Notes under the pieces: model-generated
Databases searched by the model: none
The model's input: only the letters and a program-made list of their open reading frames with translations
Told to the model about the DNA's origin: nothing
Assembly (NCBI RefSeq): GCF_001194135.2
Contig: NC_068987.1
Span: 3,282,166-3,346,165 of the forward strand
Direction of reading: 5' to 3'
DNA from: Octopus bimaculoides
Taxonomy: Eukaryota
Length of the DNA stretch: 64,000 bases
Program-made: the position numbers and the translations under genes
Shown: in pieces, positions 52,473-63,862 of the stretch
Numbering within the stretch: position 1 is the stretch's first letter
Layout of the letters: each line of letters opens with the position of its first letter

Positions 52473-52600
52473 TTCAGGTCACTTCCTGGAATCGAACTTG
52501 GAATCTTGGGGTTAATAGCCCGTGCTCTTAACCACTACGCCATATGCCCATGGGGATATGGCGTAGTGGTTAAAAAACGTAAATAATGTAAATAATGTAC
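52473..52600. mobile_element. Head-to-head pair of tRNA-like heads from the hammerhead SINE family
   Basis: 46-bp palindrome at 52528-52573 (one mismatch), followed by the tail remnant taaataatgtaaataatgtac. Confidence 0.75.
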
Positions 52601-52735
52601 CTAGCATACAGCCACTTCTCTCTCTACTCTACTCACACTCAGTTTAAGGGTTAACTTTAATCCTGTGAGATAAGATGATGACTTCATCGGTGCCGGTGCC
52701 ATGCAAAAAGCTAAAAGACAAAAGATACAACTTGC

Positions 52736-52876
52736 CTTCGTCACATTTGTCTCCTCGGTGTCCCTGGATGCATCCTGACATGCACTTGCCTGTTATGCGG
52801 TCGCATTTTTGATTCTTACAATAATGGCTGCAACGTTTCTTGCAGCTAAATCCATAACGACTGGTTTCCGCACAAT
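52736..52876 (-). CDS. Receptor EGF-repeat exon 5 (RGD-containing, GC donor)
   Basis: ctgaag|...AG|gcaagt, 141 nt, phase 1-1: (D)CAETSRYGFSCKKRCSHYCKNQKCDRITGKCMSGCIQGHRGDKCDE. Confidence 0.85.
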
Positions 52877-53526
52877 CTTCAGAAGCAAAAGTAAAGAAAA
52901 AAAAAAGACATTCCATGAACTACTTTTAAACATTTAAATTTCAAGAAAAGAATTAAAAAAATTTGGCAAAATATTAAGAAATCAGTGAAAGTGACAAATT
53001 AGGAACTTGTCCCAACCCCCTCCAAAAATCAATAAAATGGATACAGATAACAAATTCTTGAATGAAATTTGTTTATTTTAATAATTGTTCAATATTAAAA
53101 CTTTAAATGTATCTCTGAGTTTAGCCATTAAGCCTCACCAGCATTTTGTTCGGTTGCTTTGTCTCATTAATTATTTCACTTAATTATTATTGATAAGTTT
53201 TTAAAAATTTTTCTGTAATTTCAGCTCAGAGCTGTGGCCATGCTGGAGCACCGCCGTTTAATAATTAAACAAGAACAGATGTTATAAATTTGCAAAATCT
53301 AGTCATTATCCTTCATTTCTAAAACATAAATCATGTATAATAACGACTGAGTTCATTAAATTATCAGTTTTTTAAATTTTAAAAATTTATACTGTGTATT
53401 AATAGTGGTACATGATGCAGGTTGGGACAGTTACGCATGTAGCGTATATGGCGCACGATGTGGTTAAAGTGCTAAGTTAGGAAATCCAAAGTTATTTTAG
53501 CAATGTGTTTGTGGATAGTTAATGGG

Positions 53527-53582
53527 TTGGATGTAATACTGACGAAAGAGCAAGAACTTTTGAAATAGGTATATACACCCAA
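53527..53582 (+). ncRNA. Degenerate hammerhead motif, Penelope-like
   Basis: UUGGAUGUAAUA-CUGACGA-AAGAG-caagaa-CUUUU-GAAA-UAG-GUA-UAUACACCCAA. Stem I has 10 pairs with one bulge and one mismatch; C15.2 is missing. Confidence 0.45.
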
Positions 53583-54159
53583 TGCCTATTTTTCTAGCTT
53601 TGATCGCATTGTTTGCATAGATGTATTCGTATATGAAACATTGTTTCTTTCAGTACTGGCTCTAAATTTTATAGACAATCTGTAGAGACACCCTTAAAAA
53701 AAATGTTAGCTGATGCCATTGAAGATTAGCTCATAACCACACAGTTTGTTACTTGAGTGGATTCTTAACAATCGTAACTGAAAAGTATGGACGACGTATT
53801 TCTAAAGCATCTGGATCTTTTGTTATATTTCTTGCAGGGATGTTAAGGATTTGGCAGCAATAATATCACAAGTTGAATCTATTTTAAATATGTTCTATTC
53901 TTGTATTGTAGCAAAGTATTACACTCTTATGACTGTCTGGAAACAACAGAGAAAGCCCAGGGTTACAATAAAAATCTCTTACCCAAGGTGTCGACAGTAG
54001 GATTGAACTTGAAACCACATGGTTTGGAAGTGAACATTTTCATCATACAGCATTACCTAAGTCTGTATATGCCTGAATATTTATTTATTTAAAACATAGT
54101 CTTGCTTTGGAATAAGACTCAGAGGATATCCTTCAAAGTTATTGGCATCATCTACTAAC

Positions 54160-54297
54160 CTTCTTGACAATCTTCTCCTTTCCAACCTGGCGCACACAAA
54201 GTGCGGCATCGGCCAGATTTCTTGTCACATGATTCACTTTTATCCCGGCATCGGCAATCCTTTGTGCAATTAATTCCAAATTTAAAATCTTCACATG
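54160..54297 (-). CDS. Receptor EGF-repeat exon 4 (absent from ORF track)
   Basis: tttacag|...|gttagt, 138 nt, phase 1-1: (A)CEDFKFGINCTKDCRCRDKSESCDKKSGRCRTLCAPGWKGEDCQE. Confidence 0.93.
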
Positions 54298-55591
54298 CTG
54301 TAAAAACAATTCAAAAATAAAAACAATACATTAACAACATAAATATATATATATATATATATATATTCTTTTATTCTTTCATTTCTACTTGTTTAAGTCA
54401 TGCTGGAGCACCACCTTTAGTCAAACAAATAGACCCAGGACTTATTCTTTGTAAGCCTAGTACTTATACTATTGATCCCTTTTGCTGAACTTCTGGGGAT
54501 GTAAACACAACAACATCAGTTGTCAAGTGATGGTGGTGGTGGTGGTGGGGAGTTAAAATAAGGACAGAACCAATTATTTCTTCCAATGGAAAGAAATTAT
54601 AAGATTACACACACACTTTCTTTATAATTTAGGGGAAAAAGGATGGAAATTAGTTTTAAGAATTTTCCCATCAGTTTTTCTTTTCATTTTGTATACACAC
54701 TGTCAGTAGGCCAGTTATTGCAGTATTTGTCCTGAGGTAACTTCTCAGATGGACATGTTGTGTTAAAAACACAATAAATATCAGAGGCAGAAGAAAATTC
54801 ATCCTAGCAACAACCAGCAAGAACACCAGATGCATTTGGGTCTTTTGCGGCCTTTACAATGGTGCATATTCACAGCCAGCCACATATTCAGATGAGAATC
54901 TGTTACTTCAGAAATAGGGAACAGTGACTAAGACATTCACTGATGTGAATAGCTGTCTGGCTGAATACGAATCTGGTATACACAATTGAGGCAGTATTAA
55001 ATCAAAATAGTTATCTATATATCATACTTAATGTATACACACTGCCAATAGAATAGTCTAATTACTGCAGTATTTGTTCTACCAACTACATATTGTAATG
55101 TACCTAAAACATTCAGTAAAACTGGGAAAAATCAAAATTCTGAGTTCAAGATGTGTTAAGGCAAGTAGAATTCTTAAGCCCCAGTACAAAACTGGTACTT
55201 ATTTCATCGACCCCGAAAGGATGAAAGACAAAGCTGACCTCAGTAACATGAACTCAGAATGTAAAGACGGACGAAGTGCCACTAAACATTTTGTCCAGCA
55301 TGCTAACGAGACTGCCAGCTCACTGCCTTAATTTTGGAAATAATTAAAAATCTATTAAAATAACTTTGTCATTATTAGTCAGGTGTTGGAACATAAATTA
55401 ACATAAAATTTGGGACATAAATTAACATAAAATTTTGATAGAAGGCTTTAATTTCGATCCCTTTAAAATAGGGAATCTTTATCATAGAAGAAAGGGCAAC
55501 CTCAGGCAAGTTGGTATCAAAAGGGTTAAGTTGTGCTGAATGAGATGAGAAATTACAATAAAGATATTTTTAAAAATTGGTAAAAGCTCAC

Positions 55592-55729
55592 CTTGCTGGC
55601 AATTTTCTCCAAGCCAACCTGCTGAACAACCACTCTTACACACTCCAGTTATTTTATCACATCTTTCTTCTCTTTTTTTGCAGTGACATTTTTTAGAACA
55701 CCTCTCTCCAAACCTGGTAAAATCACATT
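55592..55729 (-). CDS. Receptor EGF-repeat exon 3 (absent from ORF track)
   Basis: cttcag|...|gtgagc, 138 nt, phase 1-1: (E)CDFTRFGERCSKKCHCKKREERCDKITGVCKSGCSAGWLGENCQQ. Confidence 0.93.
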
Positions 55730-56255
55730 CTGAAGTAATAAAAGATAGTTTGTTTGTCTTTTTTTTTTAAAGATAAGAGAAATTATTCTAAAATTTAAAC
55801 ATTTCAAAATTCAAAAACATATTCTAAATCAAAATTAACTTTAACCCTTTAACATTTAAGACTGCCAAATCTGGCCCCAAACATTCAACCATTTTATGTT
55901 CAAATGCTCAGACACCTAACACAATATATAGCAAAAGCAACTTTTTGCTTAATACAAATGAAAATGGAATAATATATCAGGTAGTGTTTGGAAATTTTGA
56001 AGGAATCGTTTTAATGAAAATTATATCTGGGAACAAAGAATCACAGAAAAAAAAAAGCCCTCAGTGATTTAGAATTCATACATTTGAAACGACTTGCCAT
56101 TAAGCCTGCAACTACAAACAGAACAAGCTGGATTCAATAAAAAGAATACATGTGACTAAAGATTAAAGACAATACAAATACTGAAAAGAAAAAAATAAAC
56201 AAATAATCAATCATATTAATCATAATTTGTAATAGATTGGTAAGTTGATCGTTAC

Positions 56256-56393
56256 CTTCATTACACTTCTTTCCCTGGAATCCTGGTTTACATCCAGAGT
56301 GACAACTACCATTATTTGAAAAGCAGCCTGGTATTATACACATAGGACTACATGTCTTAGTGCATCCTTTACCATATTTTCCATCGGGGCATG
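56256..56393 (-). CDS. Receptor EGF-repeat exon 2
   Basis: ttgtag|...|gtaacg, 138 nt, phase 1-1: CPDGKYGKGCTKTCSPMCIIPGCFSNNGSCHSGCKPGFQGKKCNE. Confidence 0.93.
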
Positions 56394-58333
56394 CTACAAC
56401 ACGAAAATAAGGGAGTGATTTACATTTTTTTTTTACCTCAGTGAGAAATGTAACATGTAGATAAGGATTAATGGATTGTGGCTGCAGGTTAATGAGGAGA
56501 AAGACTTGAGCAAATGACAGGTAGGAGAAAGACAATATTTAAGGAGCAGAGGTCACTGTAGTAGCTATAGAAAAAGCAGTGAGAGGGGGCAACATGTTTG
56601 TTGGGCAGAGGTTTAGTGTGTCTGTCAGGGACTTTATGCAAATTAGTTGAATGGCCTTCCTTTGGGTGAAGTCTAGAATGTCTATATATATATGTGTATA
56701 GCATCAGCAGCAACATCCCAGATGTGGGAGCAGTATTCCCCTTGTGGACCTCACTTGAATTTCATAAAGGATCAGTAGTTGTTGGCCCCGAAGAGGAATG
56801 CCAATCTTTGTGATAAAGCCTATAAGTTGAGGATATGGATTTGGCAGGAAGATAACCAGTAATGGTGAAACCTAGCATGTGTAGTGACCTTGGAGTTCTT
56901 AGTGGGATGTTGTTCATATATAGCTGGGGTGAAAGACAGGTAATGAGGGGAAAGACAGGTAATGTTCTATGTGTCGAGAATGTGTCTTTGTGCTGCATGA
57001 GGGCGCATGACTAAGTGGTTAGGGCATGCTGGCATGGGTTGGATGGTTCGACTGGGGTCTGGAAAGCCAGAAGGCTGTACCAGGCTCCAATCTGATCTGG
57101 CAGAGTTTCTACAGTTGGATGCCCTCCCTAACACCAACCACTCTGAGAGTGTAGTGGGTGCTTTTCTTATGTGCCACCAGCACAGGAGCCAGAGGGGGCT
57201 GGCATCGATCACAATTGGATGGTGCTTTTCATGTGCCACCGGCATGGAAGCCAGTCAAGGCGGCGCTGGCATCAGCCACATTCGGATGGTGCTTTTTACA
57301 TGCCACCGGCACAGGGATCACATCTACAATTTCCATTTGATTGTGATTTGATTTGATTTTGATGTACTTGACTCAATAAGTCTCCTCAAGCATGGCATGT
57401 CGCCCTACGATCCAAGCTACTTTTTGAGTGGGCTGGTTATGCGACACTGGTGTAGGTTACAGCTGTGAACTCACTTTATTTGATAAATAGGTAATACAAG
57501 TGAATAATGAGAGTTAGATACAAAAATATTGTATACTGTAAGTGGAGGGTTCTTGAGAGGGAGAAAAAATTACTCTTGGAAGGAAAGAATAAGGTCAGAT
57601 CTTGGAATATGAGAAAAGAAGGAAAGGATTGGCAATAAGCTATATGTCAAACTCGTCAATCGCATGTCAACATGGAAAAATGGACATTAAAATAATGGTT
57701 ATGATAATGATGAGTTTTAATGAATTCTTTGCCACAAATAATTACAAAATATTGATTACATTTGAATTCTTGTTGCATCTCTTAATATGAGAAGGAAGGA
57801 ATGTATAGCCTTAAGGCAGAACTGATTGATTTACTGGTGTAATAGATTGAAGAGAACTGCTATTTCTAAAAATATAAAATTTCAAAAAAAAAAACCAACC
57901 TTACGAAGCAGCTCCAGGTTCAAGAAAATGAGAATAGTAACAAAATATCAAATGACTCTAAACTAGTTTGATTGTCATGTTACAGAAAAGGATGATACAG
58001 TGGAAATGTTTTATCAAATTTCAGGACAAAAGAATGTAAATTTGAAAATGTTTAAAGCAAAAGGGAAGAAGTGAGAAAAGAATGTTTCATTTATTTTATG
58101 ACTGTTATGTTTGTCTTCCACCTTAACAGCTTGGTATTACACCATTCCTTGCTTTACAAAAAAGAGAAAATTCTATAGAATTACTTCTCACGAGTCCAGT
58201 TGATATCTGGTTATTTTATGTAAAAAGCCGTAATGTAGGTTGAATGGTTGAACATTAAATCAATAAAAAAAGAAAGGTAGAAAGGAATGAGGTGGAGAAA
58301 TGTTTTAAATATAAATATACAATATCAACAAAG

Positions 58334-58523
58334 AAAAAATGGACTAATATCTGTTGTAATTTGGTTATCTATAGTCCGATGATATTTCGGAATTACAATT
58401 CCTTCTTCAGATCTTCTTAGATGGAGTCTCTGCTATAAACTGTTTTCCAATGGTTTTCTTTTTTTCCAAAATATCATCGGACTATAGATAACCAAATTAC
58501 AACAGGTATATAGTCCATTTTTT
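58334..58523. mobile_element. Inverted-repeat element (Penelope-like tail duplication)
   Basis: Perfect 37-bp inverted repeat (58351-58387 / 58469-58505) inside longer imperfect arms. Confidence 0.85.
58378..58413 (-). ncRNA. Minimal type I hammerhead motif, sense to the receptor pre-mRNA
   Basis: GAU-CUGAAGA-A-GGAAU-UGUA-AUUCC-GAAA-U-AUC-AUC: core intact, 5-bp stem II, 3-bp stem I, AUAU stem III. Confidence 0.5.
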
Positions 58524-58680
58524 GTTTTATAGTGCATTGTTGTATCATTCTAAACTTTTTATTCTTTACAAACAACACACAATGCTTCAAGCAAATTACA
58601 ATACTCTCCTATCAACAAAGAAGTTTTGTTTAAAACTCATTCACGTATAATGAATTTTTGAAAGAACAAAGTCAACCTAC

Positions 58681-58821
58681 TTTGGTCGCATTTCTTCCCC
58701 CTGTACCCTGGCAGGCATCCTTCTGAACAATCTCCAGTATATTCATCACATTTTCCTTTGTTACAGCTTTGTGGACAATCTTCGAGGCAATCAGGAGGTA
58801 GATAAGTTCCAATTGGACATT
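58681..58821 (-). CDS. Receptor EGF-repeat exon 1 (most 5' exon found; absent from ORF track)
   Basis: aacag-atacag|...|gtaggt, 141 nt (147 with the upstream in-frame acceptor at 58827), phase 1-1: CPIGTYLPPDCLEDCPQSCNKGKCDEYTGDCSEGCLPGYRGKKCDQ. Confidence 0.92.
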
Positions 58822-59003
58822 CTGTATCTGTTAATTAAATCAGTTCATCGTTATGTAGACTATAATTTTAACAACTGTTTCTGAAATGAAACTTAAAAAT
58901 TCATATTACATTATAAGACAGATTTTTGTTGTACTTTGGGAGGGTCAAATACACACACACTGGTTCTATTTTACTTTGTTTATTATTATTATTAGTCTAT
59001 TGG

Positions 59004-59222
59004 ATAACCCTTTAGCATTCCAACCAGCACAAATATTCTACCTGTTTTATGTTCAAATTGGCCAGATGCAACCTCTCACACCTACCCGTCATTGTCATTC
59101 TAAAAATAAATAATCACATCATTGAAATCTTGAAGCTAGGAGAGAGTGCATTGATTAGTTTTTAAAAATGTGGATAAATAAGTATTACATTTGATAAATT
59201 AATCTGAATGCTAAAGGGTTAA
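59004..59222. mobile_element. piggyBac-like MITE nested in an older inverted-repeat element
   Basis: ataaccctttagcattc...gaatgctaaagggttaa. Confidence 0.75.
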
Positions 59223-59948
59223 TAATTAATCTATCGACTGATAATAATAAAGAAGTGAAACAGAACCAGCGCATAAGTTTATTATTGGCATAATGACCCT
59301 CCCAAGATACAACAAAATCTGTTTCAACACATGGCTTCATATCAAGAATCTTGCAAACCAAATACAAAAGCAAAATATTCTAAGACATAGTTGTTGATAA
59401 TGATGTCAGCAATGTTTGGTGGATTGGAAAAACTTATTGTTCAGAGATAAAATAAAATATGGCATTGTTCTGCTAAACATAGATCTTCAGGAATTTTTTT
59501 AAAGAGAGCACTTAGTCGAGAGCTCATTATGTCATTTTGGGGTCATCCTTACCACTTTTTTTTTTATATGAATACATGCTTAACAAGTAATGTGTTATTT
59601 TCTCTTGATTTCTTTAAATGGTTTTCAAGCCTTGAAGGCTTCTTCCTCCTAGATACATGGGACTGATGTGGTACAGGTTCAGCTCAAACATCTGTGGAAC
59701 ATTATGTGAAAGAAAAACACAGGCTGGAGCATATTTTAAAAATGTATTGCTCTGAAGGAAATGACTGTACAAAGTGTTCAATGCAGGAACTGGGGTGCAC
59801 CAGCATAGCTGGGGAGGGAGGGTTCTTTCACTCGTTGGTCACATATAACTCATAAACAAACTTGACAAAATGCATTCATCACAAAAATAGAAAAATCACA
59901 AAAATTAACAAGGGTATGAATAATTTTGAGGACAACTGTATGTGTGTG

Positions 59949-60014
<66 letters not shown>

Positions 60015-60379
60015 CATTTACATACCATACTTAAACATACACACACACACATACATGTATACATACACACTACTCTTTCTGATCATTACTGTTTTGTTTG
60101 AAGCTGTTCTAGAAATGCCCATCCCACTTGATTCATGATATTTAGTTACTGCTTTATTTACTCAACCAAACAACTGCCTGAATGTATGGACTAATTAATA
60201 AGTCCCCCTTCAAAATTACTCCTATCAAATAGTGCTCAATATTTTTCGTCCTCTCTGCCTCTTTAACCTTTCTTTTATTTGCGGGTCAAAGTGGATGCTT
60301 CCTCACTACAAAAATATTGGATCCTCTCACCAAATTGTCTGTATCTACATAAAGGGGAATTCACCCAAGCTCCTTTATA

Positions 60380-60517
60380 TTAACCTTTAGCACACTGAAG
60401 GCAAATCCTGTCACCATACAAGTTTTCTTCCCCATAGCTGCAGGTACAGTGTGTCGCATCAAGAGGGGAGAAAACTCATACAGTAACATGATTCACCTTC
60501 AACATGCTAAAGGTTAA
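60380..60517. mobile_element. 138-bp TTAA-flanked MITE
   Basis: ttaacctttagcacactgaagg ... ccttcaacatgctaaaggttaa. Confidence 0.7.
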
Positions 60518-61098
60518 ATTATTCATTTGGCCATGAAGAAATGACTGTGGGTTATAATGATTTACTATTACATAATCATCAAGACAGAAAGCTGGCAGAA
60601 TCATTAGCAAAATGCTTAGTGGCATTTCGTCTATTTTTACATTCTGAGTTCAAATTCCACTGAGGTTGACCTTGTCTTTAATTCCTTTGGGGATTGATAA
60701 ATGAAGTACCAGTTGAGTACTGGGGTCGATGTAATCCACTCGCCCCCTCCACCAAAATTACACAAACATTGTTGATATTCATGTTTTCTATATTGTTAAA
60801 TGATTTGTCTGACCTATATCATATTGAGACAATTGTAACCAAAGAATAAATGTGATACCAGTAGCTCTGTTTTTTTTTTACTTGTTATTTAATACTCTGT
60901 GGTTAATGAAAACCTCCTGGATTTGCAGTTTGCATCAAACACTTCTCTTCTACGGAACAACTAGCGTTTGCAGCAGGAGTACTGACTTGGGTTCTGGGAT
61001 AACTACCGAGATTTCTGAATCCTTTTACAATAGCTATGTATGTTTACACACACACACACACACACACACACAGATTTATACACTTATACATATAAAGG

Positions 61099-61181
<83 letters not shown>

Positions 61182-61222
61182 CACACATTCATATGCATGT
61201 ACATTTACATATATAGACACAC

Positions 61223-61283
<61 letters not shown>

Positions 61284-61966
61284 TGTATACAACAAGAAAT
61301 AATATTTGTCTCTTCTAATAGAAACAAAAAGGTTTATAGGACTGTAAAAGAAGTGCTCAAATATACATATATATACATATATGTATGTGTGCGTGTGTGT
61401 GTGTATATACACACACACACATACACACATGTACTTATATACATATTCACACACACACACACACACAGATCATATATATACACACACAAATATATATCCT
61501 TGATGTTTGCATCCCTAGAGAATATCGCTTTTCAGGAAACCCAATTCTATCCAGGGAATTGTAGACAATAGCTCCAAGAGCTGCATGCCACTCACAAGAG
61601 AGAGTCTTGCCAATGGCGTTAAATAGAAATTGCATTTCTAAATATCAAAGTATATAACAAGCTGATCAGGATGGATGTACATGGTTACGTGACCTGCTAG
61701 AAATAGCAACTAAACTTCAACTGGGCACTTTCTCTGTTGGCCACTGTAGCTGAACCCCTAAGCTACAGGGGCATAAAGAAAGCAGTCACAAGAGACAAAC
61801 ACAAAGATACACACACACAGACATACACGCGCACACACATGCACACATACACACACACACATCTATTCATCTATGTATCTATACATATAGATATGTGTGT
61901 GCATGCGTATATATGTATGTATGTATGTATGTGTGTATGTATGTATGTGTGTATGTATGTATATAT

Positions 61967-62126
61967 GGGCGCAGGAGTGGCTGCGTGGTAAGAAGCTTGC
62001 TTCCCAACCACATGGTTCTGGGTTCAGTCCCACAGCATGGCACATTGGGCAAGTGTTTTTTGCTATAGCCTCGGGCTGACCAAAGCTTTTTGAGTGGATT
62101 TGGTAGACAGAAACTGAAAGAAGCCC

Positions 62127-62160
<34 letters not shown>

Positions 62161-62350
62161 TCCTCCCCAGTATTGCTTTACAACCGATGTTGGTGTGTTT
62201 ACGTACCTATAACTTAGCAGTTTGGCAAGTGTGACTGATAGAATAAGTACTAGGCTCACAAAGAATAAGTCCTGGGGTCAATTTGTTTGACTAAAGGTGG
62301 TGCTCCAGCATGGCCACAGGCAAATGACTGAAGCAAGTAAAAGAAAAAGA
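61967..62350 (+). mobile_element. tRNA-derived SINE family A, full length
   Basis: gggcgcaggagtggctgcgtggtaagaagcttgcttcccaaccacatgg...gactgaagcaagtaaaag. Confidence 0.85.
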
Positions 62351-63541
62351 AAGAAATATACATACATATACATATATATTTGCACATATGTATATAACAG
62401 GCTTCCATACAGTTTCCATGTACTAAATTCACTCAGAATGCATTGGTCAACCCCAGGCTCTAGCAGAAGATACTTGCCCAAAATGCTGTACAGTGGTATT
62501 GAACCCCAAACCACATGGTTGCAGAGTAAGCTTCTTATTCATAAAGCCATGCCTGTGAATAGTTTCTGCCTATCTAAATCCCGATCTCTGGCTGTCAGAA
62601 AACAAGTTGGATACTTAATGGAATAAAATGCACTAAAGTCAGTCATGCAAGACTGTAACATATTCAACATGTTAAACTTGTCAGCGCCATTTTATTGTTC
62701 AAATGTATCCACAAACAACAACAACAAATAACCTCATAAGCTGCATCCAGAAAAAGCCACTCGCTCAACCGGTAACATTTGGATAATATCAATGGCTTAT
62801 TACAGCAGATATTATGACTTGCTGGCTTGTAGACTATGTCTAAAACAATAGATATAATTCTTGATCTTAATGAACTACACAGATCCGGAACTTCCTTTAA
62901 CATTAATCACAATTTTTTTCCAATAATTTCATCCTTATATTTTGGTAAATTACCAACATTGCTTTTGTGGTTTGATCAATAAACGTACTTGGAGTAAACC
63001 CTTGGATTAACAGATCCTGATTTAATGGACAGATATTTTTTGAGAAAGAGAGAAGGGCAGACAGACATGGAAAGGGAGAGAGAGAAGAGGAAAAACTGTT
63101 CCATGTGGAAAGGGGGAAGAGAATAAAGCCTAAAATAGATGAAAAAGGGAAGAGAAATGAAATAGGGAAAATGAGAGACATCACTGAAGTGGTTGGAAAA
63201 TAGGTTAAAGGATGACTGAGATAAAAGCAAGAAAGGATGAGAGAGAACGTCTATAAAGGAGGCGGGTTTGGGTGTGGAGAATGGGAAGAAGACAAGAGAA
63301 GTCTTGGAGAGTTGTAAATTGAAAGATGGCTATCGTTGCTAAGGTATCAGTTTCACTTTATCAAACTGTCACTGCTTTCACGGTGGTGACCAACATGTTT
63401 CCATCAGAGATGTTGCTGTTGTTGTTGTTGTTACTGTTGGATTGGGTTTTTTGTGTTGTTATTGAATTACTTTGTGCATTGGTGTTGTTGTTGTTGTTTT
63501 GTTGTGTATGAGAATGTTGAAAAATAAGTTGACAACACTTT

Positions 63542-63862
63542 TTGATGGAAAAACTATCCGGTTGCATGAAATATTCTCATGAAACTCTTGGAAATGACAT
63601 GGGACTCAATGTTCAAGCAAAAGATGAATGGCCGAAGCATTTTAGAAAAAAAAGGTATGATATTGTAAACAAGAAAACCAGAGGTGAATTTTTAAATGCT
63701 AACACTTCACAAGTTCAGCCATTTAGAAAATTTCTAGACTTAATAGATGTGAGGGCTTTTGTTTGACCACAGGCTAACACGGTTAATGAAACTGGTTTAT
63801 TCTATTGTGCTGTTCCTAAAAATACTTTGGCCTACGAACATAAACCCTTCGCTAGGAGTTAA
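63542..63862 (+). mobile_element. Degenerate Tigger/pogo transposase fragment
   Basis: ...LNVQAKDEWPKHFRKKRYDIVNKKTRGEFLNAN...*PQANTVNETGLFYCAVPKNTLA, matching the recalled pogo motifs GW...FKKR..I....GE and N.DETGLF...P..TL. Confidence 0.7.

Noticed and set aside
60380-60517. Cys-rich minus-strand frame (HCTCSYGEENLYGDRICLQCAK) as a tenth EGF exon
   Set aside because: Wrong Cys spacing, upstream stop with no usable acceptor, and the segment is a TTAA-flanked MITE.
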